A program made the translations under genes and the position numbers. Shown here one piece after another: positions 1-12,799 of a stretch of 64,000 bases of DNA. The first letter of the stretch is position 1, and each line of letters opens with the position of its first letter. Source of the stretch: Squalus acanthias. Its lineage: Eukaryota. The notes under the pieces are model-generated. The model did no database searches. It was not told where the DNA came from and was given only the letters and a program-made list of their open reading frames with translations. The stretch is from assembly GCA_030390025.1 (NCBI GenBank), contig CM059431.1, positions 118,174,001 through 118,238,000 on the forward strand, written 5' to 3'.

Positions 1-1567
1 AAATGTCAGGGGGTTGGGAACCTGTGCAGGGAGACAGAGGAAAGAGAAGCAAGGATAGAAACACAAGACAGGAAGGAGAAAAGCAAAAGTGGAAGGCAGA
101 GAAATCAAGGATGTAAATCAAACATGGCCACAGTAAACAATAATTCTAAATGGTCGAAGAGTCTTAAAAAAACAAGCCTGAAGGCTCTGTGACTTAATGC
201 GAGGAGCATTCGCAATAAGTTGGATGAATCTGCTGCGCAAATAGATGTAAACGGATATGATACAATTGGAATTATGGAGACATGGCTCCAGGGTGACCAA
301 GGCTGGGAATTCAACATCCAGGGGTATTCAATATTCAGGAAGCATAGGCAAAAAGGAAAAGGAGGTGGGGTAGCATTGCTGGTTAAAGAGGAGATTAACA
401 CAATACTAAGGAAGGATATTAGCTCTGATGATGTGGATTGGGGGTAAGGTACTGTCTTGGATAGAAAACTGGTTGGCAGACAGGAAGCAAAGAGTTGCAA
501 TAAACGGGTCTTTTTGCCGAGTGGCAGGCAGTGACTAGTGGGGTACCGCAGGGATCGGTGCTAGGACCCCAGTTATTCACAATATACATTAATGATCTAG
601 ATGAGGGAACTAGCTGTAATATCTCCAAGTTTGCAGATGACACAAAGCTGGGTGGGCGTGTGTGCTGTGAGGAGGATGCAGAGAAACTCCAGTATGATTT
701 GGACAGGTTGGGTGATTGGGCAGATGCATGGCAGATGCAGTATAATGTGGATAAATGTGAGGTTATCCACTTTGGTGGCAAAAACAGGAAGGCAGATTAT
801 TATCTGAACGGCAATAGATTGGGAAAAGGGGAAGTGCAACGAGACCTGGGTGTCCTTGTGCACCAATCGCTGAAGGTAAGCATGCAGGTGCAGCAGGCGG
901 TTAAGAAGGCAAATGGTATGTTGGCCTTCATAGCAAGAGGATTCAAGTACAGGAGCAAGGATTTCTTGCTGCAGTTGTACAGGGCCTTGGTGAGACCACA
1001 CCTTGAGTATTGTGTGCAGTTTTGGTCACCTTATCTGAGGAAGGATGTTCTGGCCATGGATAGAGTGCAGCGAAGATTCACCAGACTGATACCTAGGATG
1101 GCAGGAATGACGTATGAAGAGAGATTGGGTCAATTGTGCTTGTATTCGCTTGAGATTAGAAGAATGAGAGGGGATCTCATTGAAACTTATAAAATTCTAA
1201 CAGGACTAGACAGACTAGATGCAGGAAGGATGTTCCCGATGATGGGGGAGTCCAGAACAAGAGGTCACAGTCTAAGGATAAGGGGTAAGCCATTTAGGAC
1301 TGAGATGAGGAGGAATTTCTTCACCCAGAGAGTGGTGAACCTGTGGAATTCTCTACCACAGAGGGCAGTTGAGGTTAATTCATTAAATATATTCAACAAG
1401 GAGTTAGATATCTTTCTTAAGGCTAAGGGGATCAAGGAATATGGGGAGAAAGCAGGGACATGGTACTGAATTTGGATGATCAGCCATGATCGCATTGAAT
1501 GGAGAAGCAGGCTCGAAGGGCCGAATGGCCTACTCCTGCTCCTATCTTCTATGTTTCTATGTTTCTA
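1..1567 (+). mobile_element. CR1-clade LINE, internally deleted (endonuclease N-terminus joined to RT C-terminus)
   Basis: 220-447 gives APE N-terminal motifs (IGIMETWL, GGGVALLVK). ORF 531-1469 gives SGVPQGSVLGP, FADDTK and RPHLEYCVQFWSP. A (TTCTATGT)n tail ends at ~1567. Confidence 0.95.
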
Positions 1568-1724
1568 GCACAGATTCACTAGAATGATGACAAGGCATAA
1601 AGGGTTAAGTTATGAGAACAGGTTGCATAAACTTGGTTTGTATTCCCTTGAGATTAGTAGGTTGATGCGTGATCTAATCGAGGTATTTCAAATGATAAAG
1701 GGATTCAAAAGGGTAGCTTATTTT

Positions 1725-2990
1725 AATTCATTCCTGGGATGTGGGCGTCGCTGACAAGGCCAGCATTTATTTTCCATCCCTATTTGCCATTGAGAAGGTG
1801 CTGGTGAGCTGCCTTCTTGAACCGCTGCAGTCCGTGTGGTGAAGGTACTCCTACAGTGCTGTTAAGGATGTAGTTCCAGGATTTTGACCCAGCGACGATG
1901 AAGGAACGGCGATATACTTCCAAGTCAGGATGGTTTGTAACTTGGGGGGGATCTTGGAGGTGGTGCTGTTCCCATGCGCCTGCTGCCCTTGTCCTTCTAG
2001 GTGGTAGAGGTCACTGCATTTAGGGTTAGGGTTAGGGTTAGGGTGCTGCCAAAGAAGCCTTGGTGAGTTGCTGCAGTGGATCTTGTAGATGGTACACGCT
2101 GCAGCCACAGTGCATTGGTGGTGGAGGGTGTGAATGTTTAAGGTGGTGGATGGGGCGCCAACAAGCAATTTGCATTGTCCTGGATGGTATCGAGCTTCTT
2201 GAATGTTGTTGGAGCTGCACTCATCCAAGCATGTGGAGAGCATTCTATCACACTGCTGACTTGTGCCTTGTAGATGGTGGAAAGGCAATTGGGAGTCAGA
2301 AGGTGAGACACTCATCGCAGAATACCCAGCCTCTGACTTGCTCTTGTAGCCACAGTATTTATGTGGTTGGTCCAATTAAGTTTCTGGTCAATGGTAACCC
2401 CCAGGATGTTGATGGTGGGGGATTCTGTGATTGTAATGCCATTGAATGTCAAGGAGAGATGGTTAGACTCTCTCTTATTGGAGATGGTCATTGCCTGGCA
2501 CTTGTGTGGCATGAATGTTACTTGCCACCTATCAGCCCAAGCCGGAATGTTGTCCAGGTCTTGCTGCATGTGGGCACGGTCGGCTTCATTATCTAAGGAG
2601 TTGTGAATGGAACTAAACACTGTGCAATCATCAGCAAACATCCCCATTTCTGACCTTATGATGGAGGGAAGGTCATTGATGAAGCAGCTGAAGATGGTTG
2701 GGCCTAGGACACTGCCCTGAGAAACTCCTGCAGTGATGTCCTGGGCTGAGCTGATTGGCCTCCAACAACCACAACCATCTTCCTTTGTGCTAGGTATGAT
2801 TCCAGACAGTGGAGCTTTTCCCCCCTGATTCCCATTGGCTTCAATTTTATTAGTAGCTCCTTGATGCCACACTTGGTCATATGCTGCCTTGATATCAAGG
2901 GCAGTCATTCTCACCTCACCTCTGGAATTCAGCTCTTTTGCCCATGTTTGGACCAAGGCTGTAATGAGGTCTGGAGCCAAGTGGTCCTGG
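1725..2990 (-). mobile_element. 5'-truncated LINE, second family (CR1/L2-group RT)
   Basis: Minus ORF 2312-2980 has ALDIKAAYDQVWHQG, GVSQGSVLGP and MFADD. The 3' end AATAAATGCTGGCCTT...CCCACATCCC matches the copies at 10520-11105 and 46530-49358. Confidence 0.92.
2020..2043 (+). repeat. Short interstitial telomeric array (TTAGGG)4
   Basis: Four perfect TTAGGG units; absent from the homologous position of the copy at ~49050-49075. Confidence 0.9.
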
Positions 2991-5149
2991 CGGAGATACA
3001 GAGCAACTATTTCGTTTGGTGGAGGAATTCAGAACAAGGGGGTATATACTTAAAATTAGAGCTCGGCTATTTAGGAGTGAATTCAGGAAGCACATTTTCA
3101 TACAAAGGATAGTGGAAATCTGGAATTCTCTCCCAGTAAATGCTGGATCAGTTGGAATTTTTAAGACTGAGATCAATAGACTTTAGTTGTGTAAGGGTTT
3201 CAAAACATATGGAACAAATGTTGGTAAATGGAGTTGAGGTACAGATCAGCCATGAAATAATTAAATGGTGGAACAGGCTCAAGGGCTGAATGGCCTAATC
3301 CTGTTCCTATGTTCCTATGAGAGTTCCCACCCCTGGCTCCATCTCAGCGATGTTTTGAATTGTAAGAGTGAATAGAGGTTATTCCCTTTACAAAGCAGCT
3401 AACAAACTCTTGAAAATGGCAGCGATCTTGCATAACTGGTCATCTGGCGCCGTTTTCCTGGGAGTTTTGCCGATCTCCCATCGGAATTCTGAGGAATTTT
3501 GAGGCCAAGAAATTTTCATTTCATTTTAAATTCTTCAAAGTACTACAGTGCTTCTGTGGTTCTGAGGTGTACACTTTGTTAAAGCTGCCATAAAGCTCAT
3601 TTTGTCGCTTGCTCAAGATCTATTTTACAGTGACCGAGGTAGCTTTTGGTCAATCAAAATTAGGTTCAATTCTCCGTCCCACCAAAAGATTGATGATTTC
3701 TCTTTTGCAATCTCAATCATCAAAATAAGGAGTTTTTTTTATAAACAACAGGACATGAAAAATTTTGAATGTCATGCAATCACAGGATTTTAAACATCTA
3801 AATCATTTTTTTAAAAACTGCCAATAACAGTAGCAGTCAATGATTCAGGGCCGTAGACTGATGGTCACTGTCAAGTGATTGTATGAGGGGGCCAGCAGGT
3901 TAGGAAGCAGCTCCCAGTAAGTGCAGTCAGCTGTGAAATAGCAGCTGAATCTGCCGCTTGCAACTGCTGAGGGTTGACTGGAGAATTGCCTTTGTTGGTA
4001 TCCGTTTTGACCACTTATTGAATACTCACAGCTAAAGATCAAGCAGGACGCTGCAGTAGCACAAAAGTAAAACATTTCCGAAGTTCTGCCCAGGCAGTTT
4101 GATGTCTTTTCAATTATATTTTTATTTTAAAGCAGCCATGCGCAGGTGCAGAAGGGAGGCTATTGGTTCAATTAATTGTATATTGATCATCCTAGCTTAG
4201 GTTAACTGAAGGGGATCATGTCAATTACAATCCTCCCTGCTATGTCATTATTGTATTTTATGATATTTTACTGCTCCATTGGTGCCTGCTCATGGTTATT
4301 GTAGCAGATTGAAAAGAAAAAATGTTGCCCCTTCAATAGTATTCAACTCTCTTCATCTTTCTCTCTTTCTGTGCATAGATATTAGCAGATCTCCTGAGGC
4401 AGTACTGATGGTGAGTTGGAGAACACAATTCATCTCACATGTTTCTTTTCCCTTTGTGCTGCTGTTGATTCTCCTCTCCTGATTTTGATTCTTGTTCTCT
4501 TCTGTTTCTTTCTGCTTTCCTCTTTTTTTATTTTCGACTTCTCTTCCCCACCACCCCCCCCACTCCATTCCTTTCAGGTGGCGACTGGCATGTTGTGTGG
4601 CAGGCAAGGGCACAGCCAAGGCCCACAGACTGCATTTCCCAGTCACAGGTGCAAGGTGTTAGTCGCCAATGGGATCCAGCCAGGGCGCAGGGCCAGATTT
4701 TGGGTTCTGGATTGGGTGAAAGACCTGACGAGATTTCGGGTCATTGGCTGGGGAGCGGAGGTTGGACTGCAGACCAGATTATGGGTTGTCGGTTTGACCA
4801 GGGCTGCTGGAAGGTTTCAGTTCACGGGTATGGGGGCAAGATCTGGCCAGGGCACAAGGCAGCAGGTGAAAGCAACGCGAAGAGACGATTGTAGAATGAC
4901 ATGGAAATTACAATGCGGAAACAGGCTGTTTCGCTTTGGTGTTTATCCTCCACACGATCGGTAGTTATAATCCCATGTACCTAACCTGTTCCCACACCCC
5001 TTTTTTCCCCTCTCCTTCAACCCACTGAACAACCTATTCTTCAAAAAAAGCAAAACACTGCGGATGCTGGAAATCTGAAATAAAAGCAGAAAATGCTGGA
5101 AGCATTCAACGGGCCAGGCAGCATCTGTGGAGAGAGAAACAGAGATAAC

Positions 5150-6043
5150 GGGCGGAATTTTAACCCCCAAAAATGGATGGGTTGGGGTCAGGTGGGAAGC
5201 TAAAATGTAAAAAACCTGAATCCTGACCAGAACCCGCCTCCAAATCGCCCACTTCCGGTTTTAACGGAGGCGGGGCAGGGGACGGGCTGCCAACCCACTG
5301 CCAGGAGGCGGGTTGCCTGTTAAAATATTATAATGAGGCTGGCGTGTCTCAGGTTTAACCTGCATTTTAAATTTAACCGTGGCTGGTCGGGTTTCGCAGG
5401 CCTTGGGAAACCAGACAGCTAATGGAAGGTGAGGACTCCTGGATCCAGGAGGTAAGTGCCTATACACTTACCTCCTGGATCCAGCGTCCCTGCCTCACTC
5501 ACCCCCCGTAATTGGAAACCCCCCCGTGAGGCCTCCAATTCCCCCCTCACCCCTATGTCTCTAATTCCCCTCACGAGGCGTCTGATCGCACTCTCGGCTC
5601 CCCCCCTCCCCGACCTAATCGTTCTCAAGGCCGGCCCTGTTCTCTCCCTCTTCTCCCCACCCCCAGACTACATCCAGGCTGGCACTGATTCTCTCCCTCC
5701 CCGCCCCGACCACCTCCAGGCTGGCACTGATTCTCTCCCTCCCCGCCCCGACCACCTCCAGGCTGGCACTGATTCTCTCCCGCCCCGCCCCTGACCAACC
5801 TCGACCCCCATCGTTCTCTGCCTCCGGATCCTGAGCGTCCTCCGGCCCCCACCCGCCCTCCTCTCTGCGGCCTAATTCCGCAGGCCTACTTGCACACAGC
5901 CAGCCAGCCTCTCCATCTGGCTAGCTGCGGGTGGAAAGCAGAGGTTTCAAATGCAAATCGGGCTCTGTTGTGCGGGACTTGACTGCTTCCGAGACCCGCC
6001 TCCCCCCACTGCGCCCAACCCGCCTCTCGATTAAAATTGAGGC
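5150..6043. mobile_element. Non-autonomous TIR element (Harbinger-type MITE)
   Basis: Ends are GGGCGGAATTTTAA and TTAAAATTGAGGC. The first ~330 bp match the reverse complement of 19180-19510. Imperfect 3-bp TSD AAC/AAA. Confidence 0.75.
5673..5790. repeat. 42-bp minisatellite, ~3 units
   Basis: TCCAGGCTGGCACTGATTCTCTCCCTCCCCGCCCCGACCACC starts at 5673, 5715 and 5757. Confidence 0.9.
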
Positions 6044-6860
6044 AAAGTTTCAGGTCGATGAAAGGTCATCGACCTGCACCGTTAACTCTGTTTCTCGCTC
6101 CACAGGTGATACCTGACCTGCTGAGTGTTTCCAGCATTTTCTGCTTTTATAACTGTTCTTAAATGTTGACATGGTCTATGCTTCCATCACCAACTCCAGG
6201 AGTGCATTCCACAGCCTGACAACTCTGTATAGAAATATTTCTGCTTCTCTTTGTCCTAAGTTTCCTACATTAAATCTTGTATCTACGTCCTTTTATTCTC
6301 GACCCCTCAATTACAAGAAACATATGTTTCTATCTACTCAAGTATCCCTTCATAATTTTAAACGTCTCTGTTAAATCACCCGATAATCTTCTCTGTTCTA
6401 ATGAAAACAGCACCAGTTTTCAAGTCTTTGTATTTCTTTTTACTAGGCCGCATCCTAGTTAATCTGTGCTGTGCCCTCTCTATTGTCTCAACATCTTTCC
6501 TCGAGTGTGCAGTCCAAAACTGCACACGGTACTCGAACAATATAAAGATTCATCCTTACATCACAATTTTTTGTATTCTATACCTCTTGCCATAAAACCC
6601 AGTGCTCCATTAGCTTTTTTTTAATGACTTATAAAGAACCTGAATCCACGACTCCCTCTGCTCTTTCACGTAACTCAACCTTCCCCCTTCCACATTCAAA
6701 GTATAATTATTATTTAAATTTTTTATATCAAAATATACCACCTATTTCTTCCTCCTTCCCTCAAGCTCCTTGGATGTATCCCATCAGGCTCTGGTACTTC
6801 ACTGTTTTAGCTTTGCTAACTTTTCTAATATTTCCATTTTATTTATTATAACATTTATCC

Positions 6861-7233
6861 CTCCAAGGTCTTGCCCCTCCCTATCTCTGTAATCTCCTTC
6901 GGCCCCACAACCCCCCAAGATATCTGCGCTCCATTAATTCTGCCCTCTTGAGTATCCTTGATTATAATCGCTCAACCTTTGGTGGCTGTGCCTTCTGTTG
7001 CCTAGGCCCTAAGCTCTGGAATTCCCTGCCTAAGCCTCTCCGCCTCTCTACCTCTCTTTCCTCCTTTAAGGTGCTCCTTAAAACCTACCTCTTTTACCAA
7101 GCTTTTGGTCACCTGCCCTCCTTTATCCTTATGTGGCTCGGTGTCAAATTTTTTGTCTTACAATACTCCCGTGCAGCGCCTTGGGACATTTTACTACGTT
7201 AAAGGCGCTATATAAATACAAGCTGTTGTTGTT
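6861..7233 (+). mobile_element. L2-clade LINE 3' end
   Basis: GGCAFCCLGPKLWNSLP...FKVLLKTYLF C-terminal motif; tail TAAAGGCGCTATATAAATACAAGCTGTTGTTGTT. Confidence 0.8.
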
Positions 7234-7699
7234 ATCATCTTACTTTTAACCAATTAAGGATTTACCTCCTCCCCAATATCCTTCTGTTTAGTTAATACTG
7301 AATCAAAGTACTTGTTAAGTATCCCTGCCAATTCATGCTTCTCCTCTACTAACTCACTGCCTTCTCCTCGGGGGTGCATTTTTATTTTTTTTATTTTTGT
7401 ATTCTCTCTTATTTTTATCAATTTTAGCATATAGGTCCTGTTTGCCCGCTTGTTCAATTCTGGTTTGTTTCTAACTTCTTTATTTATCCACTGCGTTCGA
7501 AAACTGGAAGTGTTTTCCTTTTTCTTAGTAGTATGTACTTATTCTGCAACTTGGCAAACTCCTTCATAAAAATATTTCATTTCTCATGTGCCTTTTCCCT
7601 TCCCACATCACCTCAGCTATTGCAGGTCTTGTTTAGTGTTCCATTAGCTTGAGAAACTGAGAAAAAGGGCGAGAGAAAGAGAGGGAGAAAGCGAGACTG

Positions 7700-10260
7700 G
7701 TCATAGAATTATAACATTTCTTACAGCACAGAAGGAGGCCATTCAGCCTGTCGGGACTCTTTGAAGGAGTTGTCCAGTTTAGTCCCACACCCCAGCTTTC
7801 TCCCCCTTATCCCTGAAATTACTTCTCTTCAAATACATCACCAATTGCCTTTTGAAAGTTCCTATAGGATCTGCTTCCACCACCACCCTTTCAGGTAGCG
7901 CATTCCAGATCTTAACAATCCTCAGTGTGAAAAGATTTCTCCTCATTTCCCCTCTAGTTCTTTTATCAATGTTTTTAAATCTATAACATCTGCTTACTGA
8001 CCCACTTACCAGCAGAAACAGTTCCTGCCTACTTGCTCTATTAAAACCCCTCATAATTTTGAATATCTCTATTCGGTCTCCCCATAACCCTCTCTGCTCT
8101 AAGGAGAACAATCCCAGCTTCGCCACTCTCTCCACATAACTGAAGTCCCTCATCCTTGGTATCATTCTGGTAAACCTCATCTGTGCCATCTCCAAGGCCT
8201 TGACATCCTTCCTAAAGTGTGGTGCCCAGAATTACACACAATACTCCACCTGAGGCCTAACCAGTGATTTGTAAAGGTTTAGCATGACTTCCTTATTTTT
8301 GTATTCAATGCTCCTATTTACAAAGCCAAATAGCCCCTATGCTTTCTTAACTGCCTTATCAGCTTGCCCTGCCACCATCAAAAGTTTTTGAATATGCACC
8401 CTCAGGTCCCCCTGTTCATGCACTCCCCTCAAAATAATATCACTTAGATTATACTGCCTCTCCATATTGATCCTCCCAAAGTGCATCACTTCACACTTAA
8501 CCACATTAAATTTCACCTGCCATGTGTCAGCCATTTCACCAGTCTATGTCCTCCTGAAGTCTGTGACTATCCTCCTCACTATTTACTATGTTGCCAAGTT
8601 TTGTATCACCCACAAACTTCAAAATTGTACTCCCTATTCCCAAGTTCAGGCCATTTATATGTATCAAGAAAAGCAATGGTCTTAATAACGACCCTTGGAG
8701 GACCCCACTGCATGCTTCTCTCCAATCAGAACATTTGCAATCCTTCAGTCCTCTGGCACCACTCGCATATCCAAGGAGGATGGAAAGATTGTGGTCAGAG
8801 CTTCTGCTATCTGCACCCTTGCTTCCCTCAGCAACCTAGGATGCATCCCATCTGGACCGGGTGACTTGTTAACTTCAATTGATGCCAACCTAATTAGCAT
8901 CTTGTTTCTATCTATTTTTATCCTTTACAATATCTCTACTCCCTCCTCCTCTACTGTGACATTGGCCCAGAAATTAGACTTCGATGGTTGCCGCGGGGGT
9001 AAGGATCGTGCGCGATCTTACCTACCGCGCCTGCCTTTATGGTTCGGGCCCACATGAACTTCTGGTCCTGAGCCTCTTCCTGTTGCCGGCGCGCAGTGTG
9101 TGCGTGTCCCAGAGGCGCACTTAGTTTGATGCGACCTCTGGGAACACATGGGCCAGTTAGAGCCAATGGCAGCACACCATCTTTCATTCATAGATTTGAC
9201 AGGAAGAGCTGTCAAAACTATGAATACAACTTGCCCCCAAAAGAACAGCTAAACCTCAATTAATTTTTTTTTAAAAAACCATCACATTAATAAAATAACT
9301 ATAGTTAAATAAATTAACCACTTTAAACAAAAATTTACATTTTTGAAAAAATGTAAATTCTTTTTAAAAGTTATAAAAATAAACTTACCTTTCTTTAAAG
9401 TCTCTAAAAAAGATAAACCTGTTGACATTTTTTTAAAATAATACATAATTAACTACTTACCTTGTTAAAAGGGGGTCTTACGCCTCCTTTTTTCATGTGT
9501 AAAATCTTCAATACTTACCCTCGCGTTCAAACCTGAAAAAAAACCTAAGTGTGCTGCGTGCGCACAGCCTGTAGTGCGCACGCGGTTCACTTAGGAACCG
9601 CCCCCTTCGCAATATCGGAAGTGCCGGTTTCCCACGCATGCGCAGTGCATGCAGGAAACCGGCACTTCGGGACCGAATACGCGAGAGTACACAGTGCGCA
9701 CTCTCCCGTATTCGGCCAAATTTCTGGGCCATTAACTTTATCCTCTTCTTTTGTGAAGACAGATGCAAAGTATTCCTTAAGTACCTCAGTCATGCATTCT
9801 GCCTCCACAAGAAGATTTCCTTCTTTGTCCCTAATCAGGCCCACCATTCCTTTAACTATCCTATTGCTTTTTATATGTTTTAAAATAATTTTGGGTTCCC
9901 TTTTATGTTACCCACTAATCTTTTCTCATACTCTCTCTTTGCCCTTCTTTTATCCTTTTTCCAATTTCTCCCTTCACTCTCTGTATTTGGTCTGGTTTTC
10001 TACTGTATTCTGTACCAGACATTTGTCATAAACATCCTGTTTCTGTTTTCTTTTAATCTCTGTTTCCTTTGTTATCCAAGGAGCTCCAGCTTTGGCTGCC
10101 ATATCTCTCCTCCTTATGGGAACTTTCTTGGTTTGTACCCAAACTATCTCTGCCTTGAAGGCCTGCCATTGCTCATTTACTGTTTTCTTAGCAAATCTTT
10201 GTTTCCAGTCCACCTGTGCTAAATCCCTTCTCAAATCACTGAAATTGGCTCACTTCCATT
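7700..10260 (-). mobile_element. Degenerate CR1 LINE with internal deletions, split by the MITE at 8964-9730
   Basis: Minus ORFs 7779-8195 (QMRFTRMIP, IWNALPE), 8337-8534 (WQVKFNVVKCEVMHFG), 9587-9847 (EYFASVFTKE) and 9974-10234 (APWITKE). Confidence 0.88.
8964..9730. mobile_element. MITE with 12-bp TIR GGCCCAGAAATT and ATT TSD (Harbinger-type)
   Basis: Perfect TIRs; ATT at 8961-8963 and 9731-9733. An inverted homologue lies at 51809-52573. Confidence 0.92.
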
Positions 10261-10519
10261 TGGGTATGTCAGAGAGAGAAGTGAGGGAGAAAAGAAGAGA
10301 GAGAGAGAGGAGAGAGAGGTAAAATGAATGTGTCTTACTTCAAACTTCCAAAGCCCTGAACACTCATAACTGTGAGACAAAAATATTCACGTACTTCCTC
10401 TAATTCAGAATACTATATAAATTGCTCATTGTCGCAGGTTCCACTACATTAGAGAGTCCAAACTCTGAGGTGCTCCCAACCAGAACAGGCTGCATAGAGC
10501 AGCATAAGTATTTCGCATA

Positions 10520-11105
10520 TTCTGGGTATTCTGCAGTGAGTGACTCACCTCCTGACTCCCAAAGCCTTTCCACCATCTTCAAGGTACAAGTCATGAGTGT
10601 GATGGAATACTCTCCACTTGCCTGGACGAGTGCAGCTCCAACAACACTCAAGAAGCTCGACACCATCCAAGACAAAGCAGCCCGCTTGATTGGCACCCCA
10701 TCCACCACCTTAAGTATTCACTCCCTCTACCACCAGCGTACCGTGGCTGCAGTGTATACCATCTACAAGATCCACTGCGGATCCACCAAGACTTCTTCAG
10801 CAGCACCTCCCAAACCTGGGACCTCTACCGTCTAGAAGGACAAGGGCAGCAGGTGCATGGGAACATCATCACCTCCAAGTTCTCGTCCAAGTCAAACTCC
10901 ATCCTTGGAAATATATCGCCGTTCCTTCATCGTCGCTGGGTCAAAATCCTGGAACCCCTTACCTAACAACACTGGGGGAGTACCTTCACCACACGGACTG
11001 CAATGGTTCAAGAAGGTGGCTCACCACCACCTTCTCAAGGGCAATTAGAGATGGGAAATAAATGCTGGCCTTGCCAGCGGCACCCACATCCCATGAACGA
11101 ATTTT
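10520..11105 (+). mobile_element. Second-family LINE 3' fragment
   Basis: SLSTIFKVQVMSVMEYSPLAW...LDTIQDKAARLIG, plus the family 3' tail. Confidence 0.9.
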
Positions 11106-12234
11106 TAAAAAGTGATGAGCCAGATGTCAGCTGCTAAGCATTCTCATACGAGAAAGAAAATGTGGTAAACGGGGGACTCCAATGAGACCCACTTGCGCCG
11201 AGATTTAAGGCCAGTAGATACCAGCCTGTGATTTTAAACTGGGTCTGCTGCAGGCCTGAGGTGACATGACAGGCACACTCCAAATGACCAGCACTCCCAT
11301 TGCAAAGAGAATGGAAGCTGCAGCTAAGTTCTGAAGTCAATGTTCAGATCAGAGGGCTGCAGAGTGCCCAGGAGAAAGATTTGGTTCTGCGATGTGTGGT
11401 TTGTGATCTGTGGTTTGAGAATTAATGAGCTAGACTGTAATATTTTCTGAAATGCAGTTCACGCCTTCCTACTGATTGTTAGATTGTAAAATCTGTGAAA
11501 TGTAGCATACATTTTCAAATTTAGCAATACTGCACAGACAGTTTTTCAATGATCTATCTGGGGTTTTCTTTTTGACAATTTTAGCTGGAATGCCACTGCA
11601 TTGATTCTTTCTCTACCTGTAAATGACATTTGTAGCTTTTTACAATCAGTGTTACTATTCAGTCTATTTAGGGATTCAATCAAATAAATTTGCTACTTTA
11701 GCACAATTCATATGCTAATGGAGCAGTCACTGCTGACTAGCTAAAGGTTATATCTACCACTAGTGTACAAAGTCATTGTTCAGCATTTTTACAATTATTA
11801 ATATTAGTTGCTGGGCACAAATGCATACCAAATGACTTTAATAATCTTATAAATTACATGCTAATGACAGCAATTACAAAATAGAAGATCTAATGCTCTG
11901 CATTAGCATCTTATGCCAATAACTGTCAGATTCTGTTTATGTCTCACCATCATGCAGAAATGAGAAAACATCCCAGTAAGAACAGACTTAAACATTTTGA
12001 GCAATACATGTGCGAAATTGCAGTGCCCATGTCACATCATTTCAAAGTAAACAATTCAGAGTAATTCTGACTAATTTTATCATTTCAAGCCAGATTTTAA
12101 CTCCTGGCCAGGAGTCGTGAGGGCAGGGGCCGAGGCGGGCGGCAAACGGTGCTCCACAGTATCAGGCCCCTGGGGAGATTTTAACTCCCGGGTCTCATCT
12201 GCATTGGCCCCATCAGTCTCCCGCCTGAATCTGC

Positions 12235-12530
12235 CAGTCCCATTACCATCTCCTTTTGCCTTGCACTATCATTCCTTTTGTCTTTTAATCTCTCCTGCCT
12301 TCCATCCTATCGCAGACCTTCCCTTTTGTTCTTTCCTCCCCTCCCCCCTTTCCCTGCCCCTACACTTGTTTAAAAACCTGTTACATCTCTAACTTTTTCC
12401 AGTTCTGATGAAGGGGTCATCGGCCTGAAATGTTAACTCTGTTTCTCTCTCCACGGATGCTGCGTATTTCCAGCATTTTCTGTTGTTATTTTAGATTTCC
12501 AGCATCCGCAGTATTTTGCTTTTATATTAT
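12235..12530 (+). mobile_element. Penelope 3' end fragment inside a GC-rich MITE-like sequence (~12088-12790)
   Basis: Matches 25450-25720, including a hammerhead-like motif at 12401-12438. Confidence 0.8.
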
Positions 12531-12799
12531 TTATTATAGACAGTGATAGCTGCCTGGCAGGCTGGAGAGGGATTTTGTGTGGCAGGAGGTCACCGCCGTG
12601 GACCCGAAGAAATAGTCCCCAACACTCAGGTAAGTGCTTGGCGGGGGGAGGGGAGCCGTCGGGAGAGCATTCTGTAAAGAGCAGAACTCCTGCTCCTCCT
12701 GGCCCACAAGTAAACCACAGACCTGGCAGGGAAGTCACAATGACTTGCGATATGGGTCCAAAATAGGTTAGGAGGTAGGAGACAGCGAGGAAGGACACA

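Larger units (their letters stand above)
1568..3319 (+). mobile_element. Older CR1 3' fragment split by the LINE at 1725-2990 (pieces 1568-1718 and 2992-3319)
   Basis: AGATTCACTAGAATG...AGGGTAG resumes as ATACAGAG...TGGAATTCTCTCCC and ends in a TTCCTATG tail. Confidence 0.8.
5042..6150. mobile_element. Fold-back remnant of Penelope 3' ends (5042-5149 plus 6044-6150), with a MITE inside
   Basis: The left arm is the reverse complement of the Penelope 3' end seen at 25620-25720; the right arm is the same sequence in forward orientation. Confidence 0.8.
4895..6620 (-). mobile_element. Old CR1 3' fragment (4895-5041 and 6151-6620) interrupted by a Penelope remnant and a MITE
   Basis: Reverse-strand CR1 C-terminal motifs (GCATTCCACAGCCTGACAACTCT; GTCCAAAACTGCACACGGTACTC). 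AACCTATTCTT/AACTGTTCTT flank the insert. Confidence 0.65.

Noticed and set aside
4416..4964. 182-aa ORF with a hydrophobic N-terminus
   Set aside because: The hydrophobic part comes from a pyrimidine tract, no domain is recognised, and it runs into a CR1 tail.
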